Assembly (NCBI GenBank): GCA_016432625.1
Contig: CP066697.1
Span: forward strand, 586,561 to 650,560
DNA from: Candidatus Berkelbacteria bacterium
GTDB lineage: Bacteria > Patescibacteriota > UBA1384 > 2-12-FULL-50-11
Length of the DNA stretch: 64,000 nt
Reading direction: 5' to 3'
Shown: positions 43,198 through 49,170 of the stretch, piece after piece
How positions within the stretch are numbered: the first letter of the stretch is position 1
Layout: each line of letters begins with the position of its first letter
Notes under the pieces: model-generated
Databases searched by the model: none
Seen by the model: only the letters and a program-made list of their open reading frames with translations
What the model was told of the DNA's origin: nothing
Made by a program: the position numbers and the translations under genes

Positions 43198-44221
43198 GTC
43201 CTGGCTTCAAGACAGGATGCGATTGGCCGCAGCTGAGGCGACTGTTACCGTCAAGCAGTTTGCGCTTGAGACGATCGCAGATTCGCCAGACGACGCGTTC
43301 ACCGAGATACGTAACGGGTTCGCACGAGTCGGCGTCTTCGCGTTCCAGAACCCGGTACCGGTTTTCGAAGCCATGCTCGACCGGAAACAGTTCTCTGTTC
43401 TCGTCGGTATGCGCCCGAACGCGGTATTTCATCTCGGACATCTTACGCTTATGCGAGAATTGCATTGGCTCATCCAGCAAGGCGGCCAACCGATCTTCGT
43501 GTTTGCGGGATATGAAGCTGATCGACATATCACGACAAGTGAGGCAGAGCAGGAGACGATGCGCTTTGATCAAGCGTACCGGAAGTTCACCGGGACTCCA
43601 TTGCCGGCAACCGCAGTGAGCTTCTCCGATCAAGACAGTCAAGAGCTGAAAGTCCTAGAGTTAGGCGCTGCGAAGTGCTTATCTACAAGGAAGGTTCTTC
43701 AGTTGTATGGCTGGGACGCGAGCATCCCACTCGCTTCGTTACGCGTACCTGCCATTACGGCAGCAGCGTTTCTTCTGCCTACGACCCTCTACCCGAAACG
43801 GCCGGCACTGGTACTTTCGGACATCCATCAAGTCACACATGCAGAAGCCGCCAAGATCGTGGCCTGCAAACTACAACTCCCTTCGCCCAGCTACTCGTAT
43901 CGCCTGCTTCTTCCGAGTCTGAGGGGCCCGACAAAGAGAATGAGCGCTAAGGACGCCAAGTCGCTCATCACGCTCATTGAACCAACGGAGCAGGTGGAAC
44001 GTAAGCTACGTCAATGCTTTTCCGGAGGTCGTCAAAGCCCCGAGGAACAGCGAAGCGCGGGCGGCGACCCACAGCACTGTTCCTTCTTCCGGATTGCCGA
44101 GCTGCTACAGCCTTACGAGACTACAGCGCAGATGCATGAGGACTGTGTTTCAGGAGCATCGCTGTGTGGTGAGTGCAAAAAGAAGCACTTGAGCAATATC
44201 GCAAGGAGGATCCATGGATAG
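43187..44221 (+). CDS. divergent TrpRS/TyrRS-like class I aminoacyl-tRNA-synthetase paralog with Cys-rich C-terminus
   Basis: HIGH-like GMRPNAVFHLGHLTLM, KMSKS-like KRMSAKD, C-terminal DPQHCSFF...CVSGASLCGECKK; about 55 aa N-terminal extension; overlaps the NTase gene by 11 nt. Confidence 0.65.
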   Translation: MLTESWLQDRMRLAAAEATVTVKQFALETIADSPDDAFTEIRNGFARVGVFAFQNPVPVFEAMLDRKQFSVLVGMRPNAVFHLGHLTLMRELHWLIQQGGQPIFVFAGYEADRHITTSEAEQETMRFDQAYRKFTGTPLPATAVSFSDQDSQELKVLELGAAKCLSTRKVLQLYGWDASIPLASLRVPAITAAAFLLPTTLYPKRPALVLSDIHQVTHAEAAKIVACKLQLPSPSYSYRLLLPSLRGPTKRMSAKDAKSLITLIEPTEQVERKLRQCFSGGRQSPEEQRSAGGDPQHCSFFRIAELLQPYETTAQMHEDCVSGASLCGECKKKHLSNIARRIHG

Positions 44222-44236
44222 GAAAAATCCAGACCG

Positions 44237-44276
44237 AAAAGGCCGGCCGTGCGATGCACTTACCGGCCTTTTTTTG
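44237..44276 (+). terminator. Rho-independent terminator after the trpS-kinase-NTase-trpS2 operon
   Basis: GGCCGGCCGTGCGATGCACTTACCGGCC stem-loop followed by TTTTTTT. Confidence 0.6.
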
Positions 44277-44302
44277 ACTCCCAAGGCGCGAGTTAGCGTC
44301 AC

Positions 44303-44331
44303 TTGACACCCAGGTTAACTCAACCTACTAT
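44303..44331 (+). promoter_or_regulatory. putative promoter (TTGACA-17-TACTAT) driving a leaderless leader-peptide transcript
   Basis: TTGACA at 44303-44308, 17 nt spacer, TACTAT at 44326-44331; predicted +1 coincides with the ATG at 44339. Confidence 0.4.
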
Positions 44332-44338
44332 TACCAAG

Positions 44339-44392
44339 ATGGTTAAACAGCTGTCGACTACAACTTGGTGGGGAGGCTTGACACTGATTTAG
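44339..44392 (+). CDS. 17-codon leader peptide MVKQLSTTTWWGGLTLI with tandem Trp codons
   Basis: ATG 44339, TGG TGG at 44366-44371, TAG stop 44390-44392; followed by an antiterminator/terminator arrangement upstream of the ligase gene. Confidence 0.45.
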   Translation: MVKQLSTTTWWGGLTLI

Positions 44393-44429
44393 GTGACTAG
44401 GCCACTTTGCCATAACTAAAACCACGAGG

Positions 44430-44450
44430 CCCGGTCACCCGGGATTTTTT
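44430..44450 (+). terminator. attenuator terminator hairpin (CCCGG-TCAC-CCGGG + U6) 20 nt upstream of the ligase start
   Basis: 5 bp all-GC stem, 4 nt loop, TTTTTT at 44445-44450; upstream GGTGAC (44392-44397) is complementary to GTCACC (44434-44439) inside the hairpin. Confidence 0.45.
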
Positions 44451-44469
44451 GTACCTCACAAGGAGCCCT

Positions 44470-45225
44470 ATGATTACCCTTTCGACATACGCTTCGCAGT
44501 TCGCTTTTGCGCCCGAACACACCCTGCATATAGGGGTGGAGCGCGAAAGCTTCCTCGTCCAACACAGCGAGATCGTACCAGCAGCGTTCGAGGTGCTGAA
44601 AATGCTACCTCAACCGCGATTCGGTTACGAACTTTCAGCGTGCCAACTGGAAGACCGCGTCGGTCCGTGTCAGTTAGCTCAACTACCAGACGAGCTGAAA
44701 CGAAACGATGAGTTAGCCGAGGAGGCACTGAGTCTTCTCGGTCTGCGGCGACTGTTCCTAGAAGTCGCTCCTGACTCCATGCCGCTCGACCACTACCCCT
44801 CGAAACGTTACGACGAGATCGTCGCCAAGATCACCAAAGAGCGTCTTCTCGCTGCTTGCCAGGTGACGGGCACCCACGTTCATGTCGGTATGCCCGATGC
44901 GGATACGGCCATGAGGGTACATAGCGCCGTCATCCCTTACACCGACGAGCTCTGTCAAATGGGTGACCACTCTGGTGGTCGTCGCTTGCAGATCTATCGG
45001 ATTATGGCTGCCGACTATCAGCCAATCGCCTGGCGGGGCTGGGATCACTTCGAGGCCTACGCCATCGAGCATGACTTCGTCAACGACCCACGCTCGTGCT
45101 GGCACCTGATTCGCTTGTCGGTTCACGGCACGATCGAGTTTCGAATGTTTGGCAGCCCGCGTTCCAACGACGACGTCGTCAACTGGGCAGAACGTTGCTA
45201 CTCACTGTGTCGTGACGCCCTCTGA
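44470..45225 (+). CDS. short GCS2/YbdK-family carboxylate-amine ligase (gamma-glutamyl-cysteine-ligase-like)
   Basis: IGVERESFLV, QVTGTHVHVGMPD and WHLIRLSVHGTIEFRMFG match the YbdK motifs (GIELE..V; HVHVG; W.IRPS.HGT.EVR); AGGAG RBS before the ATG at 44470 (the ORF track offers an upstream TTG at 44449); lacks the C-terminal third of YbdK. Confidence 0.6.
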   Translation: MITLSTYASQFAFAPEHTLHIGVERESFLVQHSEIVPAAFEVLKMLPQPRFGYELSACQLEDRVGPCQLAQLPDELKRNDELAEEALSLLGLRRLFLEVAPDSMPLDHYPSKRYDEIVAKITKERLLAACQVTGTHVHVGMPDADTAMRVHSAVIPYTDELCQMGDHSGGRRLQIYRIMAADYQPIAWRGWDHFEAYAIEHDFVNDPRSCWHLIRLSVHGTIEFRMFGSPRSNDDVVNWAERCYSLCRDAL

Positions 45226-45253
45226 TGAATGGGGGGCCACTCCCCCATTCATC
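45224..45253. terminator. perfect 12 bp inverted repeat between convergent genes (bidirectional terminator candidate)
   Basis: GATGAATGGGGG-gccact-CCCCCATTCATC; overlaps the TGA of the ligase (45223-45225) and the stop of the deacylase (45252-45254). Confidence 0.6.
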
Positions 45254-46112
45254 AAACCTTTTCAATTTTACTCAGTAAAATAAACGACTCCTCGCCAACC
45301 TTTTGCTTTGGCCTGGGAAATAAGATGTAGGTATTATCTGCCGCAATGAATTTTCGCTGGCTATCCCGGGCGAACTGTTGAGCTGGCTCAAGTTTTTGGA
45401 AGTTAACGTAGGTTTGGTCAAATTCAAAATCAGCGGTTTCCCGCTTCACTACCTCGGCCACGCGGTACAATGCAGGCCGTGATTGGATTGCCTTTGGGGC
45501 ATCGACCAGCCCGTACTGGCCAAGAAAGGTTAGGACTGATTGCTCTGCTACAGGGACGTATTTCTCAGGCTCAAAGTTTGAACCGCACTCCAAACAGATA
45601 CCAATCTTGCCCTGCGAGGTCATATAACAATCGGTTCCACCGGTTGCGACTTCGCTAATACCGGTCAAAATCGCGCTGATCGGTAGGTGACCAGCAAGTT
45701 CTACGCCAGCCGAATCAGTGATAGCAAAGACATCCGTCTCTTGACCATTGTAACCGTGCAGATCGAGTAAAGCGTCACACTTGTTCAGTAACGCCATTAG
45801 CTCACGAGCCCGCTCATCCTCCCAGGTCTTGCCGTCGTTCCCGGTGAAGAAACAGCGGTTAAGATTCTTTAAAATTGACCGTTGTCTTCGTGCTATAGCA
45901 GGTGGATTGGCTAAAACAAAGTAGGCAGTTCCTGCTTTAATCTGGAGCGTTGGCAAAAGATTTTGGAGAGCCTGCACACCTGCCAGCTCGTTACCATGGA
46001 CCCCGGCAAAAACAGCGACTGTCTTGCCAGGCTTTGGTCCCCGTTTAATTGTCACAGTTTCATTGATTGTCATTCGTAGCCGCATCTTACCATCACGATT
46101 CTGATTAATCAC
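45252..46112 (-). CDS. AstE/AspA-family (succinylglutamate desuccinylase / aspartoacylase-like) zinc deacylase
   Basis: Zinc-binding VAVFAGVHGNELAGV and LDLHGY motifs; 286 aa. Confidence 0.7.
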   Translation of the reverse strand: MINQNRDGKMRLRMTINETVTIKRGPKPGKTVAVFAGVHGNELAGVQALQNLLPTLQIKAGTAYFVLANPPAIARRQRSILKNLNRCFFTGNDGKTWEDERARELMALLNKCDALLDLHGYNGQETDVFAITDSAGVELAGHLPISAILTGISEVATGGTDCYMTSQGKIGICLECGSNFEPEKYVPVAEQSVLTFLGQYGLVDAPKAIQSRPALYRVAEVVKRETADFEFDQTYVNFQKLEPAQQFARDSQRKFIAADNTYILFPRPKQKVGEESFILLSKIEKV

Positions 46113-46134
46113 CGCTCAGTGACCTCTGAGAGAC

Positions 46135-46163
46135 TTGACCGCTCAGCTGACAAACACTACAAT
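46135..46163 (+). promoter_or_regulatory. putative promoter of the tRNA-Trp operon (TTGACC-17-TACAAT)
   Basis: TTGACC 46135-46140, 17 nt spacer, TACAAT 46158-46163; followed by a 9 bp leader hairpin CGTTGCCTT/AAGGTAACG (46173-46196) before the tRNA. Confidence 0.45.
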
Positions 46164-46218
46164 TCGCCTAACTCGTTGCCTTAACATAAAGGTAACGGAG
46201 ACCATCCCAATTGTTTGC

Positions 46219-46290
46219 GCCCTCGTAGCCTAGTGGTTAAGGCAACGGTCTCCAAAACCGTCGACGCAGGTTCGAATCCTGTCGAGGGTG
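46219..46290 (+). tRNA. trnW: tRNA-Trp (anticodon CCA)
   Basis: Hand-folded cloverleaf: acceptor GCCCTCG/CGAGGGT (one G-U), U8, D-arm GCCT-AGTGGTTAA-AGGC, anticodon stem ACGGT/ACCGT with loop CT-CCA-AA, T-arm GCAGG-TTCGAAT-CCTGT, discriminator G; CCA not encoded. Confidence 0.85.
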
Positions 46291-46322
46291 CAAACAAAAT
46301 CCCGAATCGTGAGGAAAATACT

Positions 46323-46535
46323 ATGCCACTTTCACCGACCCAGTCGGTCTCATTCTGGTGCGAAGAGTGCCAATGGAAGACTGGTGGTGTCATCATCGAC
46401 GGGAAACCCGTCTGTCCGAAGTGCCGAGGCAAGCTCCTTGGCATTAACTTTTGTCCTAAGTGCAAAATAGGCACGGCGCTTGAAGCCTGCCCGCTCTGCC
46501 ACGACCCTATCAAGTCGGACAGCGATCCCGGATAG
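46323..46535 (+). CDS. 70 aa Cys-rich double zinc-ribbon mini-protein (four CxxC pairs)
   Basis: MPLSPTQSVSFWCEECQWKTGGVIIDGKPVCPKCRGKLLGINFCPKCKIGTALEACPLCHDPIKSDSDPG; GAGGAAAA RBS 8 nt upstream of the ATG; 30 nt downstream of tRNA-Trp. Confidence 0.5.
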   Translation: MPLSPTQSVSFWCEECQWKTGGVIIDGKPVCPKCRGKLLGINFCPKCKIGTALEACPLCHDPIKSDSDPG

Positions 46536-46544
46536 GAGGGGATC

Positions 46545-47825
46545 ATGAAAGACCCATACAGTTGGCCTGGACAGGCCACGGAACTAGTCATGCGTGATGC
46601 CGAGAGCGCCCTTGGCGAATGTAGTTGTTTGCCCTGGGAGTGGGCCACATTTGGCTACCCCGGCAGAGCACCACTGCCAGTCGCGCTCGAAGCACTCACC
46701 CTCGCTCAAAAGATCAATCCCAACAATATCGGTGACCACTCGCTTCCCTTCCGACAGGCGGGGCATAAGCAAACCGAGCACGGGTTTGACGGTACCCAAC
46801 GATTGGAGCGTGAAGCAATTGCCAGCCTCGTCCAGCTTGCCGGTGGCGACCCAGCCACAACTGGCGGTTACCTCTGCGAGGGTGGCACCTCTGCCAACCT
46901 TGCCGGTCTCTGGATGGGACGCAATTACTTGCGAGCTCAACCTGGGGCAAAGCGAACGGTGATTATCACGACTCGTCTTGCCCACTACAGCATCCTGAAG
47001 GCAGCCGATATCCTCGGCTTCAACCCGAACGACATCATCTACGCGCCGTGTAACCGCTCCGGCGGTATATCGGTTTGCGACATCACTGAACTGGCGTATC
47101 GACTCCAGTCGGAAAGGATCACCGGCGTACTGTTCGTCTGTACGGCTGGGAGCACGATGATGGGCAGCGTCGACGATGTCAGCCAAGTTAACGAACTTCG
47201 CGCTGGCTTGAGGCTAGCCGGTATCTCGACGTACATCCATGTCGATGCGGCCTTCGGCGGGTTCGTGCTGCCGTTTCTGGCCAAGCCGGTACGCTTCGGC
47301 TTCGACCAGGGAGCTGACTCTGTCGTCATTGACCCCCACAAAATGGGGGGCGTACCGTTCGGTTGCGGAGCAATCCTCTACCGCGAGCAGTACGCCGGAC
47401 CAGTGGCGGTTAAGGCACCGTACTTGAACAGCGAACAGGACTGGACAATCAACGGCAGCCGCAGCGGCGCTAACGCTGTTGCTCTTTGGGCAGTGCTTGA
47501 AGAGCAGGGCTTTGATCAACTTGCCAAGTGCGTGCAGCAATGCATCGCTTTGCGCGACTACGCCAGAGAGCTATTGGACCAGGTCGACCACTTCCAAGTG
47601 CACGTCGGCCAAACCAACCAGCTTTGCCTGGAGATCACCGACCTTTCGGTGGTGGAGAGACTTGCTAGTCGAGTCTGTAACCACCCTTACTACATGCATG
47701 TCGCCCCGTTCCCCAGACGGTTCGACGACCCCAACTGCCAGGAAGGGCGCGCGCTCAAGATGATCTTGATGCCGCACCACACCAAGCAGATGGTGGACGA
47801 GTTCGTTAGACAGGTGAAACTATGA
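46545..47825 (+). CDS. group II PLP-dependent amino-acid decarboxylase
   Basis: PLP-lysine motif SVVIDPHKMGGVPFGCGAI and overall fold-type I layout; 426 aa. Confidence 0.8.
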   Translation: MKDPYSWPGQATELVMRDAESALGECSCLPWEWATFGYPGRAPLPVALEALTLAQKINPNNIGDHSLPFRQAGHKQTEHGFDGTQRLEREAIASLVQLAGGDPATTGGYLCEGGTSANLAGLWMGRNYLRAQPGAKRTVIITTRLAHYSILKAADILGFNPNDIIYAPCNRSGGISVCDITELAYRLQSERITGVLFVCTAGSTMMGSVDDVSQVNELRAGLRLAGISTYIHVDAAFGGFVLPFLAKPVRFGFDQGADSVVIDPHKMGGVPFGCGAILYREQYAGPVAVKAPYLNSEQDWTINGSRSGANAVALWAVLEEQGFDQLAKCVQQCIALRDYARELLDQVDHFQVHVGQTNQLCLEITDLSVVERLASRVCNHPYYMHVAPFPRRFDDPNCQEGRALKMILMPHHTKQMVDEFVRQVKL

Positions 47826-48076
47826 CAGCGGAACAGAGCGCAGCTCTACCTCAGCTGACATGGACCCCGGAAATGATAGAGACACTTCGATCTGAAGCTT
47901 GGGAGGCCGTGAGCAATCGCGAGCACTCAGCCATGAAGATCGAGCTGCTTCTCGCCCAAATCGAGGAGGTCCTCGAGCGCAAGCTCGTCAGCGGTAATGA
48001 GGTGTTGGTTTGGCACGAACGCCGAATCGAACTCCAAGAGCTGCACCAAATCGCCACTAGCCGCTGGGAAAACTAA
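47822..48076 (+). CDS. hypothetical protein (84 aa, 4 Trp)
   Basis: ATGA overlap with the decarboxylase stop; no motif. Confidence 0.4.
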   Translation: MTAEQSAALPQLTWTPEMIETLRSEAWEAVSNREHSAMKIELLLAQIEEVLERKLVSGNEVLVWHERRIELQELHQIATSRWEN

Positions 48077-48113
48077 CCCAGTCGCCCCGACCCTCACCGC
48101 ACCGCGGTGGCCA

Positions 48114-48144
48114 GGCGGAAAGCTTCAAAACTTTCCGCCTTTTT
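48114..48144 (+). terminator. Rho-independent terminator of the tRNA-Trp/decarboxylase operon
   Basis: GGCGGAAAG-cttcaaaa-CTTTCCGCC followed by TTTTT; abuts the plsC stop codon. Confidence 0.55.
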
Positions 48145-48793
48145 AGTACTGATGCTGAAAATAGAGTTCGGCAATTTTTTCCATAATTGCCTTGGTCGCT
48201 TTCTTTGTGTTTCCGTCACTTAAATCTGGGTAATCAATGTTATTGAGGTAAAAAGGCTCACCGATTCGAATGATTATTCGCGGTCGGCCGAGGGCAAAAG
48301 GGATGAATGGCGGCAAGTCATGCGGTGCGTTTATGGATAGCGGCAGAATGGCTGAACCAGTCATCAAGGCCAACATTGCCGCGCCGCGCTTACCTTCACC
48401 AAGCTTGGCTCTTTCTGGAATGACCTTACCCTCCGGAAACATCATCACCGAGCCGTTGTGCTTGAGGATATGTAACGGCGTTCTAAGCGAACGCTCAATG
48501 CCTTTACGCCTATGGGCCATAAATGCACCGAGCATCCAAATTAAAAGATTGAGCCCGGGAATGTAAAAAATCTTGTTTTTGGCCATAAAGCGCAAGGGAA
48601 ACAACGAAGGCCGACTAAGAAGCGCTACCCCAACCAACTGTGGATCGATGTGACTTTCATGGTTGGAAACGACAATTAATGGCCGCGAGGCTTCCCGCAA
48701 ATTTTCCCGACCGATAACCTCAAGGCGCGAAAACGTCTTCAGTAGTCCCCAGCTAAGGCCTGCGGCGATATATTGGAATAAAGCGATGATCAT
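48143..48793 (-). CDS. plsC: 1-acyl-sn-glycerol-3-phosphate acyltransferase (LPLAT family)
   Basis: NHESHIDPQLVG (NHx4D) and FPEG motifs. Confidence 0.8.
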   Translation of the reverse strand: MIIALFQYIAAGLSWGLLKTFSRLEVIGRENLREASRPLIVVSNHESHIDPQLVGVALLSRPSLFPLRFMAKNKIFYIPGLNLLIWMLGAFMAHRRKGIERSLRTPLHILKHNGSVMMFPEGKVIPERAKLGEGKRGAAMLALMTGSAILPLSINAPHDLPPFIPFALGRPRIIIRIGEPFYLNNIDYPDLSDGNTKKATKAIMEKIAELYFQHQY

Positions 48794-48799
48794 TCAAGG

Positions 48800-49170
48800 G
48801 TATTGTACCTGTTAGGAAAGGCGGCGAGTAGTTCTGCGAAAGCGAAGGCTGCGTTTGATATCAAACGCAGCCAGATCCTATTTTCGGCGTTGCCAAGGCA
48901 GGGTGAGCCTACAAGTTGCGTGGAGTCATGCTCCGTGCTGGGCCGATAACAACCGGCCCGTTAGTTTCTGCTTTCCGCAGGGCGTGTTTCCCGACCAGTG
49001 TGGGTCAAGACGGTCCTCCGTGAGAAACGGTCGGTACGGCGTTCGGATCACCGTACAAGTGACGAGTGACGCGCGTGGGCGTCGTAAGCTATCGATGTAC
49101 TTTTGACGGTCCTCCCCGCAACCTCACTGCTGGTTGCACTTAAAGTCTATGCCTCACTTTGTAACTGTCA
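48800..49170 (+). ncRNA. candidate structured ncRNA in a 375 bp GC-rich intergenic region (possible reduced RNase P RNA; identity unresolved)
   Basis: No credible ORF; many GC hairpins; a 24 nt perfect palindrome; collinear blocks resembling RNase P conserved regions (GGAAAG..UAG, GGCAGGGUG, CCCGACCAGUG, AGUGACGAGUGACGCG, ACUGUCAAGACUUAUCG); P4 pairing could not be verified by eye. Confidence 0.25.

Noticed and set aside
46217-46292. Alternative 76 nt register for tRNA-Trp starting 2 nt upstream
   Set aside because: That register also gives a 7 bp acceptor stem, but it leaves two unpaired nucleotides between the T-stem and the acceptor strand; the 46219-46290 register gives a canonical cloverleaf with U8.
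46181-46648. 155 aa minus-strand ORF spanning tRNA-Trp and the start of the decarboxylase
   Set aside because: Overlaps a well-folded tRNA and a motif-supported CDS on the other strand; the plus-strand small zinc-ribbon ORF with RBS explains the region.
48885-49075. Resemblance of GCCAAGGCAG and GACGCGCGUGGGCG to E. coli 4.5S (SRP) RNA
   Set aside because: The two blocks are 165 nt apart instead of being adjacent halves of one hairpin, and the domain IV GGAA/AGCA loops are absent; SRP RNA is unlikely here.
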